DNA of 64,000 nucleotides from Candidatus Kaiserbacteria bacterium (GTDB lineage: Bacteria > Patescibacteriota > Minisyncoccia > Phycocordibacterales > UBA918), in contig JAHQWD010000002.1 in the NCBI GenBank assembly GCA_019634005.1, positions 30,969 to 94,968 on the forward strand. Direction: 5' to 3'. A model generated the notes under the pieces. The model saw nothing but the letters and a program-made list of their open reading frames with translations. It had not been told where the DNA came from and made no database searches. Below, piece after piece: positions 49,328 through 59,639 of the stretch. The translations under genes and the position numbers were made by a program. How positions within the stretch are numbered: the stretch's first letter is position 1; each line of letters starts with the position of its first letter.

Positions 49328-50122
49328 TTAATCTAAGCGTATATCTACAGAAACAGGGCAATGGTCACTCCCCATAACATCTACATGGATCCGTGCATTT
49401 TTAATAAGTGATGTTAGTGCTTCTGAGGTCATCACATAATCAATACGCCATCCAACATTTCGCTCTCGTGCACCACCCCAGTGAGACCACCAGGTGTAGT
49501 GCCCGTTGCCTTTCTCAAAAAGACGGAACGTATCTATAAATCCTGCTTTGAGCATGTTATCGACACCTTCTCGTTCTTCATCGGTGAACCCCTTTTTTCC
49601 TACATTCTGCTTTGGTCGCGCAAGGTCATTCTCAGTATGTGCAACATTGAAATCACCGCAGAAAATAACAGGTTTCTCTTCATTAAGACGTTTCATGTAC
49701 TCTAGATATGCTGGATCCCATTGCTGTCGCATAGGAATGCGTGAGAGATCTTCTTTTGCATTTGGCGTATAGACCGTAGAGACAAAGAAGTTTTCAAACT
49801 CCAAGACAAGTACACGACCTTCTTTCGTCGTGTCACCATAATCATCGGTGAGTTTGTATTTTTTTATAATATCTTCAGGTAAACCATAAAAAACCTCAAT
49901 TGGCGGTATTTTTGTGAAAATAGCGGTGCCAGAATATCCTTTTTTCTCCGCGGAATGCCAATACTCTTCATAGTCTGGTAGATCTACCTCAACCTGATCC
50001 TTGTTGGCCTTTGTCTCTTGAAGACAGAGAATATCTGGCTGATATTTCTCAATAAATGGCAATAGTGCCTCTTTTCTAATAACTGCACGGATGCCGTTCA
50101 CGTTCCAAGAAAAAATTTTCAT
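49328..50122 (-). CDS. xth: exodeoxyribonuclease III / AP endonuclease
   Basis: SWNVNGIRA, LQETK, GDFNVAH, GWRIDY, SDHCP. Confidence 0.96.
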   Translation of the reverse strand: MKIFSWNVNGIRAVIRKEALLPFIEKYQPDILCLQETKANKDQVEVDLPDYEEYWHSAEKKGYSGTAIFTKIPPIEVFYGLPEDIIKKYKLTDDYGDTTKEGRVLVLEFENFFVSTVYTPNAKEDLSRIPMRQQWDPAYLEYMKRLNEEKPVIFCGDFNVAHTENDLARPKQNVGKKGFTDEEREGVDNMLKAGFIDTFRLFEKGNGHYTWWSHWGGARERNVGWRIDYVMTSEALTSLIKNARIHVDVMGSDHCPVSVDIRLD

Positions 50123-50173
50123 GGAAATAGTATATACTAGAGAACATATACATCAAAAATAGTGATCAATATT

Positions 50174-50962
50174 ATGGACGAGACACAAAACAAATCTATG
50201 GAAACACCTGAAACTATGAATCAGGAAGTAACTGAAACAGGAGAAGGACGTATGCACACCCGCATTATTATTGCCGTTGTTGTTATCGTTATTCTTGCAC
50301 TCGGATATTTCTTCTTTATCGGAGAGCGCACTCCACAGACACCAACAACCGCTGAAACTGTTGGACTTATCGACACTAAGACAAAAGAGCCTGTCGCTCG
50401 TGTTAATAGTGACGAGATTGAACGTGCGTTCTATAACAGCATGGTTATAAACTTAACTAGTGTTGCAGAAACCCAAGGTCTTGATATTACCGATGCAACA
50501 ATACAGGATGCTATAAAAACCCAAGCACTCACTTCACTTGTAAACAATGAACTCCTCCTCCAGAATGCGTCCGCTGATGGTATCACTGTTGATGACGAAA
50601 TCGTTACAACCGAATACGAAAGTCTTGTTACACAGGCAGGAGGGAATGACGTACTGAAGGAGCGTCTTGCTGAAGCACGAATCACTCCTGACATGCTTCG
50701 CATAAATGTTGCCGAACAGCTTGTGGTAAATCAATATCTCGATGCATTCCTTGCAACGCAAGACCTCTCTGTTTCAGACACAGAGGTCTCTTCCTTCTAT
50801 GATTCACTCGTGAGTCAGACCGAAGAAGGCGCTGAAGTCCCGACACTTGCAGACGTACGTGTGCAACTTGAACAGCAGCTTGTACTTCAAAAGCAGCAAG
50901 CGGCCGTCGGGTCACTTCTTGAGACACTCCGCGCAAACGCAACAATCGAGATTCTCATTTAG
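50174..50962 (+). CDS. SurA N-terminal-like membrane-anchored chaperone
   Basis: TM, then VARVNSDEI...LVNNELLLQ...LRANATIEI. Confidence 0.75.
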   Translation: MDETQNKSMETPETMNQEVTETGEGRMHTRIIIAVVVIVILALGYFFFIGERTPQTPTTAETVGLIDTKTKEPVARVNSDEIERAFYNSMVINLTSVAETQGLDITDATIQDAIKTQALTSLVNNELLLQNASADGITVDDEIVTTEYESLVTQAGGNDVLKERLAEARITPDMLRINVAEQLVVNQYLDAFLATQDLSVSDTEVSSFYDSLVSQTEEGAEVPTLADVRVQLEQQLVLQKQQAAVGSLLETLRANATIEILI

Positions 50963-51113
50963 TCTCACTACCCAAAAACATCGCGGAAATACCGCGGTGT
51001 TTTTTGCTTTTTATGGAAGAGTGTGCTTCAATATGCACAACAAAGCAGATCTCCTTTGTGGATATTTTTGTGAAGTGGTGATGTTTTGTAGATTAGCACT
51101 TAATACACAAACG

Positions 51114-51320
51114 ATGGTAGGAAAGATTGCACGTCTTACTGACCGTGGATTCGGATTTATTACTCCGGAGGACGGTGAGAAGGACCTCTTCTTCCACGCA
51201 CGCGACCTTGTTGATGTCATGTTTGATGACCTCAAGGAGGGAGAGACTGTGAACTTCGAAGTTGTAGATGGACAGAAAGGTCCAGCTGCAGCTGAGGTTA
51301 CACGTCCTGAAGCGGCGTAG
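51114..51320 (+). CDS. cold-shock protein
   Basis: RGFGFI...DLFFH...GQKGPAA. Confidence 0.93.
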   Translation: MVGKIARLTDRGFGFITPEDGEKDLFFHARDLVDVMFDDLKEGETVNFEVVDGQKGPAAAEVTRPEAA

Positions 51321-51421
51321 GGAGTATAAAGAAAAACCCAGAGCATATGCTCTGGGTTTTTCTTATATATAAACAATTCAGGCCGCTGAGGTAATCCCCA
51401 GCGGCCTTTACAGCGAAGTGT

Positions 51422-51679
51422 TTACTTCACCCTTGATATTCCGAACGCCTTGAACATGTTCTCCTCAACGGTCAATGCATCTGGACTCATGTTTACAAGG
51501 AAAGTACAACCTTGTTCGGTTGTCTCTGCAGAGACAACTTGCGGGCGAAGCCCTTCGACCACTCCATCGATAAGGTCTCGAGTCATTGGTAGCAAAGGGC
51601 CGTCAGCATTGACGATCGTAATCATCGACTGGTTTTCCCCACAAGGGAAGATGTCGAATCTTGCTTCTTCTACAGTCAT
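51422..51679 (-). CDS. small hypothetical protein
   Basis: RBS AGAGAGG, promoter TTGACA-16-TATAAT. Confidence 0.6.
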   Translation of the reverse strand: MTVEEARFDIFPCGENQSMITIVNADGPLLPMTRDLIDGVVEGLRPQVVSAETTEQGCTFLVNMSPDALTVEENMFKAFGISRVK

Positions 51680-51888
51680 TTTGAACCTCTCTTAATGTGC
51701 TTTCTGTTTATTATACCATCTAGAGAATCTATGTCAACTAAAGACGGAGGATTCCTGGCAAATGAGCGAACAGACAGCGTGTTCGGGCAACACCTTGCAA
51801 AAATAGTCAATCTATGGTAGAGTGGTGGCACCTTCGCAGGTAGAAGAAAGACAGCAATTGGTTCAATTGCTTTTTATTTTCAAACATT

Positions 51889-52155
51889 ATGCTAACAAAA
51901 CGAAAGAAAGAAAACGCAACAAAAGATGTGAAGCGTCATGACTCTGACACTGGTTCTCCAGAAGTACAGGTTGCATTGCTTACCAAGCAGATTGACGAGC
52001 TTTCTTCTCACCTCAAGAAACACGCTAAGGATTTTCATTCTCGCCGTGGACTACTCCAGATGGTAGCTGACCGACGTAAGCACCTCAAGTATCTTGAGAA
52101 AAAGAACGAGAAAGCATACAAGAGCATCGTAAAGAAACTTGGTCTGAAGCGATAA
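51889..52155 (+). CDS. rpsO: 30S ribosomal protein S15
   Basis: DTGSPEVQVALLT...KDFHSRRGLL. Confidence 0.98.
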   Translation: MLTKRKKENATKDVKRHDSDTGSPEVQVALLTKQIDELSSHLKKHAKDFHSRRGLLQMVADRRKHLKYLEKKNEKAYKSIVKKLGLKR

Positions 52156-52274
52156 CGACCAGCGAAGGCGCACCACTTGGTGCGCCTTCATGCTACAATG
52201 CGAAGGTACTCTGATTCTCTTTTAATACTGGTACTTCAGAGAAACAATTTTTTAATATATAAACAACTATAAAT

Positions 52275-52853
52275 ATGTCTGTTATTAAACACAAAGAGCA
52301 GCGTGTGGCTCTCTTTATTGACACGCAAAACCTATATCACAGTGCAAAGAATCTCTACAGAGCAAAAGTAAACTTTGACGCCATCGTAAAGGCGGCTGTC
52401 GGAGACCGAAAACTTGTACGGGCACTTGCCTACGTGGTAAACACCGAGAGTGGGGAAGAGAAGCCCTTTTTCGAGGCACTTGAAAAGATTGGAATTGAGG
52501 TAAAAACCAAGGATCTCCAGATCTTCTTCGGTGGTGCTAAGAAGGCAGACTGGGACGTTGGTATGGCAATTGATGCCTGTAAGGTCGCAGACAAGGTGGA
52601 TGCCATTATCATTGCAACAGGGGATGGAGACTTTATTCCGCTTGTAGAATATGTACGTTCGCACGGTGCGCAGATTGAAGCAATCACCTTTGGACGCTCC
52701 GCATCATCAAAGCTCCGAGAATTCGTAGATGACTTTATCGATCTCGATGAAGAGCCAAAGAAATATCTTATTGGATATCGTGCACCACGAAAGAAGCGAG
52801 GTGTCACAAAGAAGATCCAAAAGGTAGTGGGAACTGATACAGACGACATTTAG
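52275..52853 (+). CDS. NYN domain protein (LabA/DUF88)
   Basis: FIDTQNLY, KADWDVGMAID, TGDGDFIPLV. Confidence 0.9.
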   Translation: MSVIKHKEQRVALFIDTQNLYHSAKNLYRAKVNFDAIVKAAVGDRKLVRALAYVVNTESGEEKPFFEALEKIGIEVKTKDLQIFFGGAKKADWDVGMAIDACKVADKVDAIIIATGDGDFIPLVEYVRSHGAQIEAITFGRSASSKLREFVDDFIDLDEEPKKYLIGYRAPRKKRGVTKKIQKVVGTDTDDI

Positions 52854-52908
52854 TCTTATTCCCGAATCATAATTCTCAAGAGAGAGTCTCTGCGATACTA
52901 TAAAGTAT

Positions 52909-54222
52909 ATGGCGGAGGAAAAACCTCTTATTGAACGAAAACCTGGAACTGCAAAAGATTCGGAAATCTTTGACGTTGGGCGTGCATTTGAATCAGGTGA
53001 GGTTGCAGGTACTATTGTATCCGACAAAAAACGGAAAGGTGTTTTTGGACAACTGAAGGATGCTGCCACAGAGATTGCAGGAAGTGCAACAAAGGCGGTG
53101 CAGGAAGTAAAAGTTTTTGAAGAACCCGAAGAACCAAAAGTCACTCCAGGTACAGAGCGGAAAGACATCATTGAACGAGCAGTCCAAGATGCCGAGCAAG
53201 CACCACAGGATGATCATGATGTTGTTATTGAACGTATACGCACATTCCAGAAAGACGCAGAACGGGTCAGTGGGAAACCGTACCTTATAAAAAAGAATAA
53301 GGAACAAACAAAATCCTCATGGTCACATGTTATTGGTGATAAGCCCGCAGAGCAGAAAAAAGAAACGGAAACAAAACCTGCACCACAAGTAACGGAGACC
53401 ATACGCCGTGCTCCAAAGCCACAGATGCCGCAGCAGATGGAACGTGCTGTCATTCCAACACGGAAAGTGCCGACAACGGAATCTGTGGTGGAACAAACTC
53501 CACCACCACAGCCAGAACCGCAAGTTGAGGAAACCCCGAAACCAACGCCGCCAGTGCCGCCTCGCCCGCAATCAGCACCACAAGAATCAACACGTACGCG
53601 TTCTCTTGTCACTATTGGTGTCGGTGTCCTTGCAGCTATTATAGTGCTCGGCGGAGGCGTGTACCTCTATACACTTCTCACCAACCCAACAAGTACGACC
53701 GTCACGCAAGAACCAATCGAACTGGATCTCAATGAATACCTCCCTCTGGAGCAGCTTGCAACGCTTCCTGTCCGTCTTGAGAATCAAGAAGCCACTATCT
53801 CTCAAGTAGTGATTGTGACACGCCAAGGAGAAACCACTCCGCTTACCACAACACAATTCTTAACTGCAGTTGCTGAGAATGTTCCAAGTACCCTTGTCCG
53901 TTCTCTTAATGGATCAATGGTTGCAGGCGGTATTCGCACAGGTGGTGGAACATACCCATACCTCCTCTTCCGTACTATTAATTTTGACAACGCGTTTGCA
54001 GGAATGCTTGCCTGGGAACGATCCATGGGTACTGATCTCAACGAGCTCTTCACGCGAGCGCAAGGAGATATATTTGTTGATCGTGTCCTAGAAAACCAAC
54101 ATGTACGTGTCCTCTATGATGTCAATGGTATCGAGCGTCTTGTTTATGGATTTGTGAGTGGACGTATGCTCATTATTACCAATACCAGCGCTTCATTCAA
54201 AGCAATTGTCTCTGAATTGTAA
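52909..54222 (+). CDS. hypothetical membrane protein with Pro-rich linker
   Basis: 437 aa, one TM, C-terminal FAGMLAWE motif. Confidence 0.75.
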   Translation: MAEEKPLIERKPGTAKDSEIFDVGRAFESGEVAGTIVSDKKRKGVFGQLKDAATEIAGSATKAVQEVKVFEEPEEPKVTPGTERKDIIERAVQDAEQAPQDDHDVVIERIRTFQKDAERVSGKPYLIKKNKEQTKSSWSHVIGDKPAEQKKETETKPAPQVTETIRRAPKPQMPQQMERAVIPTRKVPTTESVVEQTPPPQPEPQVEETPKPTPPVPPRPQSAPQESTRTRSLVTIGVGVLAAIIVLGGGVYLYTLLTNPTSTTVTQEPIELDLNEYLPLEQLATLPVRLENQEATISQVVIVTRQGETTPLTTTQFLTAVAENVPSTLVRSLNGSMVAGGIRTGGGTYPYLLFRTINFDNAFAGMLAWERSMGTDLNELFTRAQGDIFVDRVLENQHVRVLYDVNGIERLVYGFVSGRMLIITNTSASFKAIVSEL

Positions 54223-54245
54223 TCTGCGTGCTATAATCCCTGCAT

Positions 54246-54620
54246 ATGAAAGACACAGTACAATACAAGACAAGACTTGAGGAAGAACTCAAGGAACTTA
54301 CTGCAGAATTAAAAACTATCGGTGTACATGATCCAGAGAACACAGAGAACTGGATCGAATCTGGCGCAGACCTCAATGATCCATCTGCTGATCCACTTGA
54401 TGTAGCAGATCGTACTGAGGAGTACGGCGAGCGCCGTGCAACCGTTGCTGTTCTTGAAACACGCTATAACAACATTACTCGTGCGCTTGAGAAAATAGAA
54501 AAGGGAACCTACGGGATATGTGAGATAAGCGGGGAAGAAATTAGCCCTGAGAGACTCGATGCAAATCCTGCTGCACGAACCTGTACAGCACACATGGAGG
54601 AAGAGAACTCGCTCTCATAA
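54246..54620 (+). CDS. DksA/TraR family protein
   Basis: DPLDVAD, ALEKIEKGTYGICEISG, ERLDANPAARTC. Confidence 0.88.
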   Translation: MKDTVQYKTRLEEELKELTAELKTIGVHDPENTENWIESGADLNDPSADPLDVADRTEEYGERRATVAVLETRYNNITRALEKIEKGTYGICEISGEEISPERLDANPAARTCTAHMEEENSLS

Positions 54621-54659
54621 ATAGAAAAAACCGCTTCAACACGAAGCGGTTTTTCTTTA

Positions 54660-55670
54660 TTAAAATGGATTCCGCGCGCCACGAACCTCAAAGTGGAGAT
54701 GTGTTCCCGTCGAACGCCCAGTATTTCCAACTCCACCCACTGTCTCACCAGCACCCACTGTCTCACCGACTGATACCGATACCGATGAAAGGTGTGCATA
54801 GAGTGTCTGGGTACCGTTCCCATGACGGATCACCACATAATTTCCATATCCACCATTCCACCCATACCCTTTAGCCACGATAACCGTTCCGCGAGCAACT
54901 GCACGAACTGCAGTGCCTGCAGGAAGGCCCGCAAGGTCCACACCGTTATATCCGTGGATACCCTGTGTCTTCACTGCGCCTGGAAGCGGATGTACAAATC
55001 CAGCACTTCCATTACCTGTAAGGGTGACTGCTGATGATGCACCACGTGAGACAACTGGTGCGGCCATAACCCCACTTGGAACTACGACAATATCGCCAAC
55101 ACCAATATCTCCCACACCAGCGAGACGGTTATACGCAACAATCTCGTCAGCATCACCTTCATACTTCTTCGCGATGGATGCAATGGTATCACCCTTCTTC
55201 ACGACGTGGCGGACACCCGTGATAGGGAGAATAACGAGAGTGTCTCCTGGCTGGATAACACTTGGATCCTTAATGTCATTTGCCCACAGGATGGTGTTCG
55301 AAGATACATCAAACATCTCTGCAATCTGTGAAAGAGTATCTGCCTCACGAACAACATAGACACTAATTTCTCCTTTTTCTGTACGACTCTCAGTATCAAT
55401 ATCTTTTCGCACATCACCATCAGGCACAAGTGCTCCTTCTTCTATAAGAATGTCTCCGCCGCCCTTTGCAGGATTAGGATCTGAGTGGAGCGCTGCTTTG
55501 AGGAGGGACGTAGACTGTGCAGAGGCAAGCACTGTCTCTTCAGTTGTCTGTTCTTCAGAGGTAAGAAGGTTACCAAGTGACGAGAAAAAACCTGCTTGAA
55601 CAGAGAGAGGGAGAATGATCGCAAGGAGCGCTCCAAGGACAATGGAGCGTTTCACACGAAGATATGTCAT
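54660..55670 (-). CDS. LysM plus M23 peptidase
   Basis: Two LysM repeats; HGYNGVD, YAHL, STGTHLHFEV; start uncertain. Confidence 0.9.
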   Translation of the reverse strand: MTYLRVKRSIVLGALLAIILPLSVQAGFFSSLGNLLTSEEQTTEETVLASAQSTSLLKAALHSDPNPAKGGGDILIEEGALVPDGDVRKDIDTESRTEKGEISVYVVREADTLSQIAEMFDVSSNTILWANDIKDPSVIQPGDTLVILPITGVRHVVKKGDTIASIAKKYEGDADEIVAYNRLAGVGDIGVGDIVVVPSGVMAAPVVSRGASSAVTLTGNGSAGFVHPLPGAVKTQGIHGYNGVDLAGLPAGTAVRAVARGTVIVAKGYGWNGGYGNYVVIRHGNGTQTLYAHLSSVSVSVGETVGAGETVGGVGNTGRSTGTHLHFEVRGARNPF

Positions 55671-55970
55671 CCGTTTATCAGTATCGTCGGAATCGTGATG
55701 TGTAGGTTGAATAAGCCTTTTGTTTTGGTCTCGCCGCCTGTTTGCTTCCACTACGGTCACTTCGTTTTACCTCCCTACATTTTCGGGATACCCACAATAC
55801 TATAGGAGCCTCTCTGGGGGTCAACCTTGCTATTTCACAGTATCCACCGTGCTATAGAAGGAGACTTTTCACGCTTCAATAGAGCCACATTTCCCATATT
55901 GACACCAAAATATATTGTTATCTAATATCTCTGCACTTTGTTATGGTATAGTGCTTGCGATTACGTATAT

Positions 55971-57914
55971 ATGCTTGATTTAAATACACTGAATGCACCT
56001 CAAAAGGATGCAGTGACCACAACCACAGGACCCCTTCTTGTACTGGCGGGTGCGGGATCTGGAAAGACACGCGTCATCACATATCGCATTGCATACCTTA
56101 TTGAAAACGGTGTCGCACCACACACGATTCTTGCACTGACGTTCACCAACAAGGCTGCAAAAGAAATGCGTGAGCGAGTGACCACGCTCATCGCAGAAAA
56201 TGAGACGACCAATCGTATCGAATCCACACCTTTGGTGACCACCTTCCATGCGCTTGGTGTTCGTATCCTTCGTGAACACCATGACCGCATTGGATTAAAA
56301 CGACAATTCGCGATCTACGACCGAAGTGACTCCAACCGAGCAATTAAGAAATCTTTAGAAAAAGCGGGGTACGATCCCAAGCAATTTGAGCCGCGGAAGA
56401 TGCTTAGCATCATTTCACGAGCAAAGGGAGACGCGCTCTCCCGCACTGATTTCCTTGATGGCGCACGATCTTTTCCAGAACGGGTCGCGGGGGAAGTGTG
56501 GGCACACTACGATGCGATTCTTCGTGAAGAACAGGCGGTCGACTTTGATGATCTCCTTCTTCTAACACTGAATCTTCTTCAGAAACATACCGATGTACGA
56601 GAGCAGTATCAGAATAGGTTCAAGTATGTTCACATAGATGAGTACCAAGACACCAACAAGGTACAGTATGAAATCGCTTGTCTTCTCTTAAATAAGGAGC
56701 GGAATCTCTGTGTTGTGGGAGATGTCGACCAAAACATTTATAGTTGGAGAGGAGCGAACGTTACCAATATTTTGAAGTTTGAAAAACATTTCCCAGGATG
56801 TAAGACCATACTCCTTGAAGAGAATTACCGCTCAACGCAGACGATCATTGCTGCATCAAATAGCATTATTGAAAAGAACGTACGGCGACCTGAGAAGAAG
56901 GTCTTCACGAATAATCATGAGGGAGATCTGATTTCTCTGTATGTCGCCATGAATGGAACCGAGGAGGCGCAATATGTCGCACGACGGGCGCAGGAACTGA
57001 TCAGCAACGGTGCATCTCCAGCACATATTTCTGTTCTCTATCGTACCAACTTCCAATCTCGTCTTCTTGAGGAGGCTTTCCTTGATGCCAATATCCCATA
57101 CCAACTACTGGGTACAAAATTCTTTGAACGAAAAGAGATCAAGGACATTCTGTCATATCTCCGCTATGCACTAAATCCTGAAATCACCGCAGACCTTGCA
57201 CGTATCGTGAACACGCCAAAGCGCGGTATTGGGAAGGTGACACTATTAAAGCTCATCGAAGGAAACCGAGCTGATATAAAAGGGAAGACACTCGAGAAAG
57301 TTGCTCACTTTGAACAACTCATCGAAGACATCGGAGTATACGCACGAGCACACCCTGTTAGTAACACACTGAAGTTCATCATGAAGCAGTCGGGTATGGA
57401 AGAATCACTTAAAAATGATGGGGAAGAGGGATTGGAACGTCTTGAAAACCTTCGGGAGCTCGTGACACTTGCAACACGATATGATGCCTTTGAACACGAA
57501 GAGGCTATCGAACGGCTTCTTGAAGACGCTGCACTTCAAAGTGATCAAGATGAGATGGAGGAAGAAAAAGAAGCGGTACGTCTCATGACCGTACACGCTT
57601 CAAAAGGACTCGAGTTCCCGTATGTCTTTATTACAGGACTTGAAGAGGGACTTTTCCCGCATGAACGTATCGTAGAAGAAAAAGGGCGGAGCACTCACGA
57701 CGATGAGGAAGAGCGACGACTCTTCTACGTGGCATTGACCCGAGCAGAAAAGAAAGTCTTCCTTTCTTTTGCGCACCTCCGTACCATCTTTGGAAGTGAA
57801 CGCGTGAATGCACCGTCTTCTTTCCTCCAAGACATCAGTGATGACCATCTGCAGGAAGAAAATCCAAATGGATATGGCGGAGGAGGAGGAGAAACCGTTG
57901 TATACTTAGACTGA
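55971..57914 (+). CDS. pcrA: PcrA/UvrD helicase
   Basis: AGAGSGKT, TFTNKAA, DEYQD, KGLEF, EERRLFYVA. Confidence 0.95.
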   Translation: MLDLNTLNAPQKDAVTTTTGPLLVLAGAGSGKTRVITYRIAYLIENGVAPHTILALTFTNKAAKEMRERVTTLIAENETTNRIESTPLVTTFHALGVRILREHHDRIGLKRQFAIYDRSDSNRAIKKSLEKAGYDPKQFEPRKMLSIISRAKGDALSRTDFLDGARSFPERVAGEVWAHYDAILREEQAVDFDDLLLLTLNLLQKHTDVREQYQNRFKYVHIDEYQDTNKVQYEIACLLLNKERNLCVVGDVDQNIYSWRGANVTNILKFEKHFPGCKTILLEENYRSTQTIIAASNSIIEKNVRRPEKKVFTNNHEGDLISLYVAMNGTEEAQYVARRAQELISNGASPAHISVLYRTNFQSRLLEEAFLDANIPYQLLGTKFFERKEIKDILSYLRYALNPEITADLARIVNTPKRGIGKVTLLKLIEGNRADIKGKTLEKVAHFEQLIEDIGVYARAHPVSNTLKFIMKQSGMEESLKNDGEEGLERLENLRELVTLATRYDAFEHEEAIERLLEDAALQSDQDEMEEEKEAVRLMTVHASKGLEFPYVFITGLEEGLFPHERIVEEKGRSTHDDEEERRLFYVALTRAEKKVFLSFAHLRTIFGSERVNAPSSFLQDISDDHLQEENPNGYGGGGGETVVYLD

Positions 57915-57916
57915 TC

Positions 57917-58723
57917 ATGACCAATCTTGAAGCGAAAAAATCTTTGGGTCAGAATTTCCTTACCAACCCCAAGGTGCCTGAGTGGATGGCGGATGCAGGG
58001 AAGGTGAAGAAGGGGAGCGTCGTCCTTGAGATAGGTCCAGGAACAGGAATGCTCACTCGAGAACTCCTTGCCCGCGGCGCACAGGTTGTTGCTATTGAAG
58101 CAGACCCTCGAGCAATGGAAATCCTTCACGAGACATTTCCCGAAGCCATTAAAAATAGAAAACTTCTTCTCATACACGGTGATATTCGGGAGATGACCGC
58201 AGAAGATATTCCTGTTTCCCCCCATGAATACACGTTAGTTGCAAACATTCCTTACTATCTTTCTGGACACCTCTTTCGCTTCTTTCTTTCGGGGAATATA
58301 CAGCCAAAGACCTTGGTGTTCCTTGTTCAAAAAGAAGTTGCAGTGCGTATTGCACGAGATGAAAAAGAGTCTCTACTGTCTCTCAGTGTAAAGGCATTTG
58401 GAACACCACAATATATAAAGACAATCTCAAAAGGAAACTTTCGACCACAACCAAAAGTGGATTCCGCCATTATCGCCGTCACTGATATCTCACACGATAA
58501 TTTTAGAAAGCTTCCTGAACCATTTTTCTTCAAGATACTTCATCTCGGACTCTCTGCAAAACGAAAAATGCTTCTCGGGAGTCTTGCGAAGGAATATGAC
58601 CGCGATACTCTGAAAGAAATCTTTACAAAACTGGATATTCCACTAACGGTCAGGGGGGAAGATCTTCCTGTCAACAGGTGGTTCACCCTTATACAGACTT
58701 TATACACAACTTTTAAACAGTGA
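57917..58723 (+). CDS. rsmA: 16S rRNA dimethyladenosine transferase
   Basis: KKSLGQNFL, EIGPGTG, ANIPY, PQPKVDSA. Confidence 0.96.
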   Translation: MTNLEAKKSLGQNFLTNPKVPEWMADAGKVKKGSVVLEIGPGTGMLTRELLARGAQVVAIEADPRAMEILHETFPEAIKNRKLLLIHGDIREMTAEDIPVSPHEYTLVANIPYYLSGHLFRFFLSGNIQPKTLVFLVQKEVAVRIARDEKESLLSLSVKAFGTPQYIKTISKGNFRPQPKVDSAIIAVTDISHDNFRKLPEPFFFKILHLGLSAKRKMLLGSLAKEYDRDTLKEIFTKLDIPLTVRGEDLPVNRWFTLIQTLYTTFKQ

Positions 58724-58796
58724 CTTCAGGTGTTCTCCACGTATTTTTCCTCTCATTATCCAGACAGGGACACATTCTTGGTATACTGGAGACACA

Positions 58797-59633
58797 ATGA
58801 ATAGACGTATTGGAGGAGCGGTTATTTTTGGTATTGCACTTGTGGCAATTGCCTTTTTCGTACGCTTCCACGAACCTGCAATGACCTCCTCTACAGTCTC
58901 AACCATTCCGACAGAACAAACATCTTTTGAGACAAACCAAGATTGGGAGGCACTACTGAAGACGAGAATGGAACGGTCGACTGAAGATGAAGAGGCTATC
59001 GCAGACGACATCGAGCTTGACACAAGTATTACAGGAACGTTCGCACGTACGTTCTTCGAGAACTATCTATTCTTGAGTGCACAAGGCAACTTAACCGCTG
59101 AACAAGAGGAAAACCTCATCAATTCTTCTATTAGTTCTTTACGATCTGAGGCAACGGATAGGGTATACACCCTCTCTGACATTCCTCATACTACCGAACC
59201 ATCTCTTTCGTATCTTCGTACGTACGGAAACGCGCTTGCTATTGCACTTCGTGCACATCCAGATCCAGCAGAAAACGAGCTTGTTGTATTTCAACGAGCT
59301 GTAGAGACCAATGAAGCAAAGCATCTTGCTGACCTTACCGAACACGAGTCAACCTATGATGCGTTTCTCAAGGATCTACTTTCTATAGAAGCCCCTATCG
59401 AACTTCAGGATGAACACCTTGTGATTGTGAACGCGACACTTGCACTTCGTAATGATGTTCGCGGCATGATGTTGTTCTTTGAAGACCCCCTCTACGCAAC
59501 ATTACGTGTCCAACGATACACGACTGATTTAGAAGCTGTGTACGCTGCTCTACGTACTATTTATTCATACCTAGAAGACCGAGGGATACGGTATACTGAA
59601 GGAGAACCTGCTGCTATCATAAAAGTACAGTAA
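58797..59633 (+). CDS. hypothetical membrane-anchored protein
   Basis: N-terminal TM; first gene of a co-oriented cluster. Confidence 0.75.
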   Translation: MNRRIGGAVIFGIALVAIAFFVRFHEPAMTSSTVSTIPTEQTSFETNQDWEALLKTRMERSTEDEEAIADDIELDTSITGTFARTFFENYLFLSAQGNLTAEQEENLINSSISSLRSEATDRVYTLSDIPHTTEPSLSYLRTYGNALAIALRAHPDPAENELVVFQRAVETNEAKHLADLTEHESTYDAFLKDLLSIEAPIELQDEHLVIVNATLALRNDVRGMMLFFEDPLYATLRVQRYTTDLEAVYAALRTIYSYLEDRGIRYTEGEPAAIIKVQ

Positions 59634-59639
59634 CGCCTT

